Assembly: GCA_035221665.1 (NCBI GenBank)
Contig: CM069142.1
Span: forward strand, 17,670,001 to 17,734,000
Direction: 5' to 3'
DNA from: Okamejei kenojei
Taxonomy: Eukaryota
DNA: 64,000 nucleotides
Positions within the stretch are counted from its first letter, which is position 1, and every line of letters starts with the position of its first letter. A program made the position numbers and the translations under genes. The notes under the pieces are model-generated. The model did not search any database and was not told the origin of the DNA. It worked only from the letters and a program-made list of their open reading frames with translations. Below are positions 40,510 through 53,070 of this stretch, one piece after another.

Positions 40510-40850
40510 GATTTTGCTTTCTCAACAATAGCTCCTTCCATATATGTGACAACTTGAACATATCAAAGTGTGCCAAGGTGCTTTGAGGAATGTTATCAAA
40601 CAAAAATTGATGCTGAGCCACATAAAAAATGATATTGCAACAGATTATCAAAAAACATGGTCAAACAAATGGATATTAAGATGTGTTGAAAGAAGAAATG
40701 GGAGACGAGAACATTTTATAAGGGAAATTCCATACTTGGCCGCTGAAGGTATGGCCATCAAGTGTGGTGCAATTAGGCTTGATCAAAGACACAAGGCAAA
40801 ATGGCTGGGGGATTGCAGCCATTTCTATAGATTATAATGAGATTACAGAG
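40510..40850 (-). mobile_element. Old L2-like 3' end
   Basis: ccaaggtgcttt...ttatcaaacaaaa...atgctgagccacat pattern resembles chondrichthyan L2-type tails from memory. Confidence 0.4.
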
Positions 40851-41807
40851 CAGGAGAGGGCTAATGAGAACAAGAAGATTGCAAATGTATCATTTTTTTA
40901 TTTGATTATACCTGCCTTGATCTCTGAGTGACCACTGTGTATTGGACCACAGCATAAAATTATCTCTTTTTTGTAATGAAATCTCAAATGCTATAATGAT
41001 GAATCTCATGTACACTGATGTTGAGTGGGCTCACACACACATTTGTTTGTTGCATCTTGGGGCATGTTTCAAAGGATTTTTTTTTATACCTGGGATGAAA
41101 TGTTTCTTTTTAGGTTTATTGCCAGAATGGAATAATTGCTTCACATATAGATAAATGCATGAGACCAAAAAATCACCCATCTTTCAATATGGCTCTAACC
41201 TGGTTAGAGTCCATTTGACAGATTAAAAGTGATCTGCGGGATCTGTTGAAAACATTGTGCAAAATAACTCCCCATGGCTGTGTTAAGCATTGGAGTTATC
41301 AAAATGTTAGATCTGACCTTGATCTCAGGTTATTAAGTGGCTTATGCTTGTTAAGTCTTTTTTCCCCAGGAAAGGATTGAGTAAGAAAAAAGGAGAATGC
41401 GCAGGATTACTAACTAAAATTTTGAAACAACATACTTTGTGCTAACATTATCTTTTGCATTGCACGAATTGTAAGAGTGGAAGTGTAAAGTTAAATCATA
41501 ATCACATCATCCGCAGAAGGATGTGCCGAAAACACTTAAAGCAACAACGATCAGTGCTGTTCCCGCAACTCAAGAAAGAGTAACTCAAATGTGAGATCGA
41601 TTTTAAAATCAGACTTGTGGAATTCAACAAGTAATTAAACATTTTTTCTGTCAAAGATTTGTGCTTGCAATTTGCAAGCACAGCATGGGTGCAGGGGAAG
41701 AATTGTAAGGAAAAGTGAATGCAAAAAAAAATGATGGCTTCAAGTATTTTTCTCTTGGTTACCATGAGGATGCCCCTGGTCTTGCTTATCTGCAAATGAG
41801 AGCATTA

Positions 41808-42337
41808 AGGGCCTGTCCCACCAGCATGCAACTCCATGCGATGAGCGCCGCCGAACGTGATCGCTTGAGCCGTCTGGCGTCGCGGGGCCGGTCCCACTTC
41901 GATCGCCGGAGCCGTGCGGAATTGTGCGGAGTTCGTCCCGACATCGCGCGGGGCTCCGAAAAACTGACCATGTTCAAAAATTCCGCGCGGCAATGGCTTG
42001 TCGGCTCGCAGTCGCCTCGACGCATTACGCACCGCCTCGACGTCGTGCCTCCGTGACCCTCTCTGTGTGTGCCTCTGTGCCCCTCTCTGTGTGTCCCTCT
42101 CTGTCCTGGCAAACTTACCTTTCAGACTTCGCTCCTAGATCGCCTCACTTTGCGCCGTGTCGCGACACTCACCCCACCTCCGCGTGGCCCCCGCTGCCGG
42201 TTTGGTCGCGCTCTTCGCATGCAGGCGCATGCTGTTGGGAACGGCCCTGTACAGGGATCACCCGACCTCCGCGCGGCCCCCGCTTCTAGTTTGATCGCGC
42301 TCACCGCATGGAGTCGCATGTTGGTGGGACAGGCCCT
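41808..42337. mobile_element. CpG-rich MITE, PIF/Harbinger-like
   Basis: TIRs agggcctgtcccaccagcatgcaactccatgcg / cgcatggagtcgcatgttggtgggacaggccct; flanks tta/ttg. Confidence 0.88.
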
Positions 42338-42844
42338 TTGGTAAACAAATCACTTTGCACACATACTTGGCACCATATCTCAATCATGTGCAGACATTTC
42401 CAGCTTGCCTCTCCTGTTTCAGAAAGAATTTTTCAAATTTATTTCATTTCGCCCAAAAGTATTTTGTGTGGCTTCCAATTTCTAGCATAGTGCATGCACC
42501 TCTAAGGTGGAAGGTTCAAGCTTTGATTTATAGTGATAGTAGAGATGTATATTCAAGATAGCTGAGATTGGCAAAAGAATGGAGTGCCAGATGACGCTTC
42601 CACCCGTTTGACTGGAAAATATGGATTTTGTTTAGAATAATAGTTGATGCGATGCTTAAGAGTTGCCGTCTGCCCATATCTACTCTAGGTTCACAAGTAA
42701 AATTCACCAAAAGATACATTTGAGTGTTGTGCAATGCAATTCAAAGAATTGAAGTGAGTCTAAAAACAATCCACAATAATTTTTGGCAGCATTCTTGGCT
42801 TTTGTTTATATGGCGTTATCAAATGAGGAAATGGACAAACTTCT

Positions 42845-43270
42845 TAAGTCACTGGCAGCCAAGCAGAAAAAGCCTCCTTTATTGCCACTCTTTGCCTTCT
42901 GCCATCCAGCCAAACTGCTATCCATGCTAGTATCTTCCTTCTGATACCTTGGGCTCTGATCTTCTTTAGCACCCTCACATGCAGCACCTTATCAAAGGAA
43001 TCACCAACCGGGGGTGTAGAATAGAACAATTTAATCTAACTTGAAGGGTAACCTTTTCAAACGCAGTGTGTCATGTGCATTGAAAGAGCTGCCAAAGAAA
43101 GTGGTTGAGGTACGTACAATGACAACATTTAAGAGACATTTGGACAGGAACATGGAAATAAAGGGTTTAGATGGATTGGAGCCAAGCACGGGTAAATGAG
43201 ACTAACCGGGCATCTTGGTTCGCATGGACATGTTGGGCTGAAGGGCCTGTTTCCATCCTCTATGACTCCT
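42845..43270. mobile_element. CR1 pieces in opposite orientation (42845-42998 minus, RT region; ~43040-43270 plus, 3' end)
   Basis: FDKVLH..LKKIRAQGI..ILAWIAVWLDGRRQRVAI on minus; gggtaacctttt...gggcctgtttcc on plus. Confidence 0.75.
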
Positions 43271-43952
43271 TAACACTCTGACTATATTCTCCTTTACAGA
43301 ATCCTGTAGTTGGGCATAATATTTTACAATATAATTCCTAGTTCTTTTGTATTCAAGGAAATTATTTTATTCTCAAATCGTGTTCCATGGGCAATTTGTT
43401 GAAATCAAAATTCACTATTGATTTCCAAATGGTGCGCTCAATATGTCCAAGGCAATTCATTTTAAGTCAGTGAATGGATTATGCATTTGCTTTTAAAAAT
43501 GGAGATTAAAAACAATTATGAATTAGTTTTTTCTGCAAAGACATTCTTCACTGTTTCACATTTGATAAACCAAAGAGCCCCTGGGGAAGGACGATTGACT
43601 CATGAGGAAGTATATTTGTATCATAAGTAAAGATCTTTTACAGTCTATTGCAATGGATTAAACATCACAGGATGTATTTAATGACATGGCAGTGTCCCTA
43701 TGGTTTCCACCCCAACCCAAATGGGTTGGTGCTAAACATGCCATTTTCTCATTATTGTCAGACTGTAAGAGGGAACTGCTTTTCATCAACTGCTTCACTC
43801 TAAATACGGGTTGAAAATTATTGCTGCAATGCTTGTTCTTGATGTGATGCCGATTTTTCAATGAATAAATTGCTGAACTCCTAAAAGCAGAATTTAAATG
43901 TATGGAGAAGTTTACAACTTCCCCGTGCTTGTGGAATTTAAGCTTTTCCTAA

Positions 43953-44451
43953 TGGGCCTGTCCCACTTGGCGATTTTTCAGGCGACTGCCGGTGACTGTC
44001 AAGTTGCCGGCAGTCACCTGAAAAACCGGCAACTGGAACGACAACTGTCAGACACATTTTTTTTCTCTCGCTCTCTCGCTCGCTCGCTCTCTCGCTCTCT
44101 CTCTCGCTCGGTTCTGAAAACTACGGCTTTTTTTTCCCAACGAGCCAATGAAATTCACCGGTCAGCATAGCTACAAGTTACGAGAACCTTTGATCTCCTG
44201 GCGACCCACCTACGGCACGAGAATTCTCGCTACTTTCCATGGCGGCTTCATTCTAGTCGGCGCTAATTTTTCAACATGTTGAAAAATTAGCTGCAACCAT
44301 AATGAGGCTGCGACTAGTTCCCAGAATGCGGGAACTCCTCTCGACCATGAAGACGACTCCCCGGCAACTACCCGCGAACATGTGGCGACCATGTGGCGAT
44401 TGCGTAGTCTCCTGCAGTCGCCTAAAAAGTCGCATAAGTGGGACAGGCCCA
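43953..44451. mobile_element. MITE, PIF/Harbinger-like
   Basis: TIRs tgggcctgtcccactt.gcga.ttttt.aggcgactgc / gcagtcgcctaaaaagtcgcataagtgggacaggccca; flanks taa/tta. Confidence 0.88.
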
Positions 44452-45837
44452 TTAGAGTTAACAAAAAGTCTGACAACTGCTTTACAATGCATTCTGCTTT
44501 GCTTGTCTAGCATGATATGGTAAAAATGCATTGACTAATTAAGCCATCGTCCCTAATTAATGCTGGGTTTTTTTCCCAATGTGAAGAGAACCACCGTGAA
44601 GATGTCTCCAGACATGCACACATCAAAGTTCCTTTATTTTTAGAATTTTCGATGTAACAAGGAAATGCAGCATAAATTTAGGGCCAAAACACAAATTAGT
44701 TTGTTGTGATTTTTCACTGGTGCATATTTCCTCTTGTGTTTTCCTCTAATTACATTACTCAGCAAAACCTTTTTACAGATATGTTATTTCCTTCTCTCCC
44801 CTTGAACAAACTTCCTTTTCTTGTAGCCATTCACAGACAAATAGGGATGTTTCGATTGATGCCAATATAAAATAGCCGTGCAAGATCCTTGGCCATCCTT
44901 GAGTTATGTGCAGATCAAAATGAGTCTCATACTTTGTCCTTCACTGTAATTACACATCTTGGCTGTTGGAGCACAATCCCTCTTGTCTACAATCCTGACT
45001 ATGTGTCTTAGGGTCTTCATGGTGGTTGAATTAGCTGCTTCGTAAAACCATCTGTGATTTTCCTGAACGTCATGCAGTGACATTTCACATTTCAACCAGT
45101 TTTTGACATGAACATTTCTCCTGAATGGCTTATTGGGTCCATCTCTTGACACCATGTTGTGGGTTCTCCAGAAATTGAGACACATTCATTGCATTTACTA
45201 GATTAAGGACTGAAAAATATGCTTCCTCCACTCAGTGTGGCCTTCAGCTCAGTGCAAGTTTTTATTCAGTTACAAACCTCCCTTTCTTGCGGCCATCCAC
45301 TGAATTAGGGGGATGTTTCTATTGATGCCAATGCAAAATGTCGGAGTACTCTTCAGAATACAAGTGGAACTCCCATAACCTGGCAGACACGGGACTTTGG
45401 TGCTGGACCAGCTGATTTTCCGAACTAGATGTTATTCTACTATTTTGTCGTCACGCTTTAAAATCACTTTTTCTTTTAATGTTACCCAGTAAAATGGACT
45501 AAATTGAGTGAATTGTAAGTTGAAAGAGAGTGTGAGAAACAAATAGATAAAATTCAAGAGAGGGCAGCTGAAGGAACCAGGTGAGTTTAAAGAGCGTGGG
45601 AATTGCATTCTTAGCAGGTGGCAGGGAGTGCAAGAACCAGGGTGCCAGTGAGTGGACGAGGGGCAAGGCAAGCATTACCCGCAAACCATGGATAATCAAT
45701 AGAGACGTTTAAAAAGCACAAGTCTCTGCAGTTATCAATTATTTTTCAATATACATTATTGATTGCATGTTTGTGAAAGTTGTTAGTTTTCTACCATTAT
45801 TTTCTTCCATTCGAGCCAGAAGCAAGAAGTCGGATGG

Positions 45838-45918
45838 CATAGAATCATAGAAAATAGGTGCAGGAGTAGGCCATTCGGCCCTTCGAGCCTACACCGCCAT
45901 TCAATATGATCATGGCTC
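45838..45918 (-). mobile_element. CR1 extreme 3' tail
   Basis: catagaaaataggtgcaggagtaggccattcggcccttcgagcc. Confidence 0.85.
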
Positions 45919-48377
45919 ATATTTTTGGATTTTGCTGCAGTCAAATGTTGTTACTTTTCGTAGTAAAGTTTCAATGCCAATAGATATCGCAAAGTGATTG
46001 TATTTTAATGTGAAATTCGAACCCCTTGATTGTGCAACAGTTTTCCCTCTGTTGTTTTGCAAAATTCTTGCAGTTGTCGGTCAATTTTGGAAATTCTTGT
46101 TAAAATTCTACTTAATCCGACCCAGTTAGGCCCAAACTTATCACATGAGTACATTTATACATTTTTATTGAAGAGTTAGGAGATTTCAGTGTTTATGACT
46201 CCGGAGCTGTAGAACCCTGGGCATCACTCTGAACAATCACTGCTGGGTTAAATTAAAGTAAAACATGAGGAGAATGTATTGGGAAATGGAGGCAAAAAAG
46301 CTATCCAACAAAGCTCTCAAGCAGAAAAATCCACACACACAATCCACACACTTGCCACAGCTTTAAAGTTACTTTCTGCACTGCTTTGTTAGAATGATGC
46401 AAAATTAATATTGGTTACCCTGTGAAGCAGAAAGCAGTGGAAACCTATTTGGAAAGCCAAATGCTCTGTAGTATGCAAAGCAGAATAGTTTATTGAGGCA
46501 ATTGTATGGTGGAATGTAGTTGCTAATACAATTCAAACGCCCTATATTTTGATGAATATGATCACAGTTCCGGGGAGGAACCCATTCTATTTTGGGGGTT
46601 TTCTGAGGGACTATAGTTTTATGATTGCGGATTTGAATACTGAAGTAACCGCTCATCTGCATACCTGCACCACACGGTCTACTTTATCATGTGCACTTTA
46701 GTAGTATGAATATACATGATCAAAAATCCTTAAAATAAGTGGCTTTCTGCAGATGGTAGTCATGTAACTGCTTCAGGTCTGACATTTTTCTACCGTGTCT
46801 CAAATGGCCTGCCAGTGCGGTACATTCACATGCTTGACCTTTGAAGCTCCAACACTGTGAACTCCACAAAGCACTAAGAAAATGTGAGGCCGTTGGCTGA
46901 GCGACTTGAGTTGGGTGACAACTTCATGAAAACTGTTTCAGAAAGTGTCAGCATTCAGAAAATAGTCAAGTTATTGTTTTTTTAAATTTTAACTAAATTT
47001 TATCTGAATGAATGAATGAGAAACATCTTTCTTGGAACAGTGTCTGCGAGAAGGTGGGGGAAAAAGGCTGAAGAACTGCAACTTTGTGCTGTGAGGAGTC
47101 CAATGTCAAGGTGCATTTGGGAAAATGATGGCAAACAATGACCTGTGATGTTGCTTGCACATTTATGGGGAATCTTGATGTTGGTGGCAAGCAGGAAATG
47201 CCACCAGTTCTGTCTGGAACTATAAATGTAATATTTGTTGCAAATCACAGTGTTAAATAATGTTACAAATTTTAAAATTGTGTTCTATTTCACCTTTAGT
47301 TTAAACGTACATAGGTTGCAGCACGCATGTTGATTTATTTCCTGTTCATTCGTGTAGGCTACTTTTCATGAGCTTCTGTTACTGCCCTTGCACTGATTCA
47401 GCACACGGGCTTGGACAGTAATCTGCAAATAAGATGCTCTCCTGTGCACAAAGCTTGGGCCTGATTTAACTGCAGTGGAAAGGTCAATCAACTTACAAAG
47501 GCCATTGCCATTTCTCCATCAGTTATTACCTTCAGCTTTGGGACTGGAGATTTCATTAGACTGATTTTAGTAGAAGTCATGAGGACAGCATCCTGAAATC
47601 TGTGGTAAAATAATAGATGGGAAAAGTGTACTGATATTTCAATGCAAGAGTGGGTCAATGACTAAAGTATTTCTAACATTACTTTTTCTGTATTGATGTC
47701 ACTCTGCCTCTGGATGTGGAAAGCAGAGACTAACAATCATAATATCAGAGAAATGTAAACCTGCTTGTATGTAACGCTAAGCTTCAGCAGTTGTACTTCC
47801 ATCAGACCACCTATCTATAGGCATCTGCTTTAGATAATTCCCCTTTTAAGATGCTCTTAAACACTTCTGGCAGCTTGCAAGAGGAAAACGTAAATGTTAC
47901 TTCTATTGATTCTAGTTCCGGCTCATTATTTGCAGACTATTTTCCACTTGCTGTCCTTGAGTAAGTATCTGATTAAAACCACTTGTGTCTAATGCAGAAG
48001 TATTTAATCCATGGCACTGTCTTTGTGCTGCATCAGAGATGTTTCCGTGAAGATTTTCTGCTTTGGGCAAATGGGTAATTGGAGTGGATGAACTGGGTCA
48101 GTGGAAAAAAAGAATTACGTTGATGTGCAATTGTGCAATTGTGGAACAGATAACCTAAGAAGGTGAAATAAAAGTTACGCAATATTAGCCTGTTTTAAGC
48201 AGCCTAGTGGGGATTTCTTTCAGGATTCGGGTCAGCAGCAAAAGGTGTTGCCTCCATGACCATTGCAGAGGAAGTAAAATGGTAAACATTGTGAATCAGT
48301 TGGTTTGTGTCTTTCAGGTAAAGACTGTTCTTCAGGGTGGATTTCCTGTGCTGTTGCCAGGAGAACTGGCCATCAGC

Positions 48378-48596
48378 AGTGGAATTCTCTGCCAAAGAAG
48401 GCAGTGGAGGTCAATTCAATGGATGTTTTCAAGAGAGAGTTAGATTTAGCTCTTGGGGCTAAAGGAATCAAGGGATATGGGGAAACGGCAGGAATGAGCT
48501 ACTGATTTTAAATGATCAGCCATGATCATATTGAATGTCAGTGCTGGCTCGAAGGGCCGAATGGCCTACTCCTGCACCTATTTTTCTGTTTCTATG
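48378..48596 (+). mobile_element. CR1 3' end
   Basis: WNSLPKKAVEVNSMDVFKRELDLALGAKGIKGYG plus 3'UTR. Confidence 0.9.
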
Positions 48597-48619
48597 AAAG
48601 AGAATTAGGTCCATGGCCT

Positions 48620-48920
48620 GAGATTTCGACATACAGTGAGGAAACGGGTCCTTCGTCCTCTCTAGCCTACGGCAACCAATGATCACCCCTTACACTAACA
48701 CTATCCTACACACTAGGGTCAATTTACAATTTTTTACCAAAGCCAATTAACCTACAAATCTGTACACCTTTGGAGTGCTGGAGGAAACCGGAGCACCAAG
48801 TGAAAACCCACACTGCCACTGGAAGCACGTACAAGCTCCAGCCAGACAGCACCCGTGGTCAGGATCGAACCCGGGTCTCTTGTGCTGTAACTCTACTGCT
48901 GAGCTACAGTGCCACCCTGT
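48620..48920 (-). mobile_element. V-SINE
   Basis: ggtcaggatcgaacccgggtctc (B-box reverse complement), V-domain and tail. Confidence 0.82.
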
Positions 48921-49096
48921 GGTTTCTGACTCCACCTGGTTTCTGGTCTTGTTGAGATTCACCACCATTATGCTTTGGAATTGCCTGACTTTCAACATTA
49001 GGTCAGATCCGTCTGGGGTAGAGGCGATGTTTTCTGTTGGTTCATTATGTGATATATCGGGTACCTAAGAATTAGAAGTAGGAACAGGCCATTTAA

Positions 49097-49208
49097 CGTG
49101 CAGGAAAGAACTGCAGATGCTGGCTTAAATTAAAGGTAGACACACAATACTGGGAATAACTCCAGAGATGCTGCCTGTCCCGCTGAGTTACTCCAGCATT
49201 TTGTGTCC
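49097..49208. mobile_element. PLE palindrome with central deletion
   Basis: gcaggaaagaactgcagatgctgg...ctccagagatgctgcctgtcccgctgagttactccagc. Confidence 0.78.
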
Positions 49209-49349
49209 ACTTATGGGCCATTTAATCATGGGTGCCTGCTCAGTCACTCATTAAAATTAAAGCTGAGTACTTGCATGTACTCTCCACATTTCACTCTATA
49301 AAAACCTAAGATCTCTGTTTCTAATAAACGCTTGGGCTCAGCCAATTAT

Positions 49350-49536
49350 TTTTACCAAGCCAATTAACCAACAAACCTGTACATCTTTGGAGTGTGGGAG
49401 AAAACCGGAGCTCCCGGGGAAAACATATATAGGTCACGGGGAGAACGTACAAACTCCGTACTGACAGTACCCATAGTCACGTCTGAACCCGGGTCTCTGG
49501 CGCTGTAAGGCAGCAACTCCACTGCTGAGTCGCCCT
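49350..49536 (-). mobile_element. V-SINE (partial)
   Basis: ggtcacggggagaacgtacaaactccgtac...gaacccgggtctctggcgctgtaaggcagc. Confidence 0.82.
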
Positions 49537-52067
49537 GTTAAAATGCTGGAGAATGCAGGTCAATACTGGTAAGTCTCTCCTCCCACTTCAAATCCACGTT
49601 TCCAGCAATCAATCTCGGAATCACTTGCTGCACCCCACTTGCTCTTCTTCGGGATGTGAGACCATGTCTGTATACGATAGTTCCGATGCAGTCTCAACGG
49701 GCCTTGAGGTCATTTTGAAGAAGTCATCTCTAACCTTGGACTTGAGTTATTTTGCAGTAAAGGCCATTGTCTAGCACTTGCCTTGCTAATTACTTGCTAA
49801 CTGAAGCCAAAGCCAAGCTGTGGCTCCAGCTTTGCCTCCTGTCAAAGCCAGTCAAAAACAGTGTTCTTCAGACAAGGCATCTCTGCGCTGTGCCACTTGA
49901 GGCATCCTGATTCTCCTGACCCCTTGACACAGAGGTCTAATGAGAACAGCACTCTGCATCCACATAAGGTGACCATGGGCAGGTTAGGCTGTAGATTCTA
50001 TCTCCAAGCAATGGGCTGGCTCCTGTAGGATCCAGCTCTACAAGTTCTGCCTTAAAACCAAACCGTTGGATTTCTGGGCAGTCAGACAGCCGATTATGAG
50101 AGTTTCACTGTACCTCTGCTTGTATCTGCATTCTTGACATGATTGGCTTTGAAAAATGAACGGAAGAACAGAGTCTTAGCCCCCCTTGATGTTGGTATCA
50201 AGGGTGGGATCGTTTTACTGCTGCTCAACATGAGAGTTGCCCTGTGACATGGGTAACTCTGACCAGTTCCATTGATATTAATTGTAAAAACTAATCTGGT
50301 CCTTACTGCTCAGTGCTGCAATATGTTTGCACAGGCAGGAAATGTTATCAGCGGTTATACACACAAGCATTGCTGCCTTTCACTGGATTGGATATTTGGA
50401 CACCTTGCTGTAAATAAGTATGCACCCACATTTGCTGCATAATATTTCTTGGGCTATGGTGGGTGTGTGCGCTGGTTTCTATTAAAATCCTGTCATCACT
50501 GATAAAAGGTAGTTAGTTTGCGGGTGAATACATTAAATTGTGAAAACAATCAAACAACTGTATGGCGGATGAATTGGGACGTGGGAGAAAACTGAAGCGC
50601 TGCCTGGTAGACCCTGGCAACACTTTAATTTGATAGCTGCACATCCACCCTTCAAGCTGCAGTGGAAAGTACTTGTTTGCAATGTATTTTTTCATCACCA
50701 GAAAGCTACAGAAATTCTATTATGTAAAATGATTAGGTGATTTTTTTTTTTGCTCTCTCTGTAAGGTAAAGATGCATCACGTTTATAACTATCAATTGAA
50801 GAATTAGTTCTGAAGAGTAAAAGACTAATGGTTCACAAGAGAAGACATCAAAAGCTGATCTTTGTGTGGATGAGGTGGGGACTATCATAATCAAGTGTGA
50901 CCTATTCTGGTCTCTTTAATCTTTAATGTTATTCTGTCAAATAGCTCTAGGCACCGTCAGCCTACCATATATCTCGGGTAGTTAATCATTTAACTGAGAC
51001 AGTCAGTGGTTTGCATCTGGTAACTGCGATTTGATCTGTTTCTCTTTCTTGCTTTTCGGCAGGGAGAATAAATAGACACAATTATAATCAGAGGTCTAAA
51101 TTATTATCATAATCGTTTCCAAGTCTATTTCTCATGCTGCTTTTTGCATGACAATTTTACTCAGACACTTTTCAAAGCAATTAAGCATCTTACGAGCAAA
51201 CATCTAAAATATTGAGCGTCTTAGACACATCACTGCACAATTTCCAGGTTAAAGTTATGTGAAATAGCATTTTAGTTTGATGGTTCAACGCAGAATTGAA
51301 TTACAGCTGCTGGCTCTCATTCAGATTGTTTTCAAAGAAACTCGAATGCAGTTATCTATTAGGAAATTGGATTTGTGATCTTCTGGCAATTTCCAAATCA
51401 ATAACTCTGATATTGTGAGTTTTGAGGCAATTACAGGAAACCCTTGTTATTACGGACCACTTTATAATTAGATTTTGGTCATAGCAGGCAGACTCCACAG
51501 TGATCATACACCACTGCCTCTTGAAGAGCACCAGCTGCATGTTACGCTGCGGAGGACATTGAAATCGACAAGTCATTAAAATTGCCAAACAATTGCTCCT
51601 ATCGATACTTAACTCCATTAAACTATGTAACTAACAGCTAACAAAAAAAAAATGGCTGTTACAAATAACTTTGTACATTTAGCAAGTTAGGTAAGTTAGC
51701 GTCTTTAGAAGGAGAAATGGAGATAATGTTCAAGGTCGATGTCCTTTCACCCTGAACTCTGGGGTGGGCAGTTGGTTGTTGGAATCACATTTAGAGTGGG
51801 ACAGGGTTTCCTCATCCCGCCACCCCAATGCCCCAGACCTACTGCTGCTACCCACGGCCCTCGCAGCTTCCTCGGATGCTTCATGGCCGCACCTGCCACC
51901 ACAACTGGCGTCGCCGACCCTCACCTGCACCCAGGCCGCCCACGGGCCACGTCCAATAACTCCGCTGATCCTCGCCTCTCCCACGGCCACCAGCAGACGG
52001 GGGCCGTTGACGATTCCGGGAAGAGGCGAGAGTCGCGGAGTCCTTGGCCCAATTCCAGATCAAGAGT

Positions 52068-52185
52068 TTGAAGAATGAATCTCGTGCCGAAACATCACCT
52101 ATCAGCGTTCTAAGGGATGCTGCCTGACCTGCAGGGCTTTGTGTCCTCTTGTATACTAACCAGCATCTGCAGTTCTTTGTCTCCA
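52068..52185 (+). mobile_element. PLE terminal-repeat fragment
   Basis: tttgaagaatgaatctcgtgccgaaacatcacc...ccagcatctgcagttc. Confidence 0.65.
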
Positions 52186-52678
52186 CTAAGTGCAATGATA
52201 CCTTATGACTTGGTTATAGCGGGAACGGACACCATTATATTAGGGTTTGCTGCATTTATTTAACTAAAATAACATCTTTAAAGGAATGCTTGGGGTAAAT
52301 TGTGGATTACAACTCTCACAAACGGTGGCAGGTGTTGGAAACAAATAAGTAATTAGAAATAAGTTATTTGGGAATTAAAGTCCCATTGCACTTTGCTATG
52401 TAATTGATGTTAATTTTGTTCTACCATTGATCACTTTCCCATTTTCAAATTTAGGCTGTTGTCTGCAGCCTCGATCCCAATTTATCTCCCTCCATCCTTT
52501 TAGCAGTTATTGGGGGATTATTAAAATTGCTGTCCTTAGATTTAATTCAGTTAGAGAATGTAAGATGGTAACAGATGAGAACTTGTATGGAAGCAATAAC
52601 AGCCTATTAGTGAAATTAATGAAAAGCTATTTTTAAATCAGCCCTGCGTTTATGTTAACTTTACATTAGATAGGATAA

Positions 52679-52904
52679 AGGGCCTGTCCTACTTGCCGAT
52701 GATTTTCGGCAACTGAAAAATACGCGGCGGGATGACATATGGCGTAGTGGTGACGCGGTGTGATGGCGTACGACGCGCGGTGTTTTTTCAAGTGCTGTTT
52801 TATTTTTATTGACGGCGCTGGATTTTGAAATGTTCAAGATCTTTTGGCGACACTGATATGACACTGGCAGTCGCCGAAAAAAATCGCCAAGTGGGGCAGG
52901 CCCC
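52679..52904. mobile_element. MITE (same TIR family)
   Basis: agggcctgtcctacttgccgat / atcgccaagtggggcaggcccc. Confidence 0.8.
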
Positions 52905-52976
52905 GTATGTTTATTTTTCAAGTGGAGCTAGATTTCTTTTTGATACTTATCTTGTAACTAGGGTTTTGTTTCACCT

Positions 52977-53070
52977 TAGACACAAAAGCTGGAGCAACTC
53001 AGCAGGACAGGCACCATCTCTGGAGAAAATAAATAGGTGATTTTTCGGGTCAAAACCCTTCTTCAGACTA
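52977..53070 (-). mobile_element. PLE terminal-repeat fragment
   Basis: agacacaaaagctggagcaactcagc...ttttcgggtcaaaacccttcttcagac. Confidence 0.78.

Noticed and set aside
41715-42344. Cluster of overlapping Arg/Pro-rich ORFs on both strands
   Set aside because: Artefact of a GC-rich MITE with few stop codons
51730-52070. GC-rich patch with several ORFs
   Set aside because: No recognisable domain; probably an unclassified repeat fragment next to a PLE end
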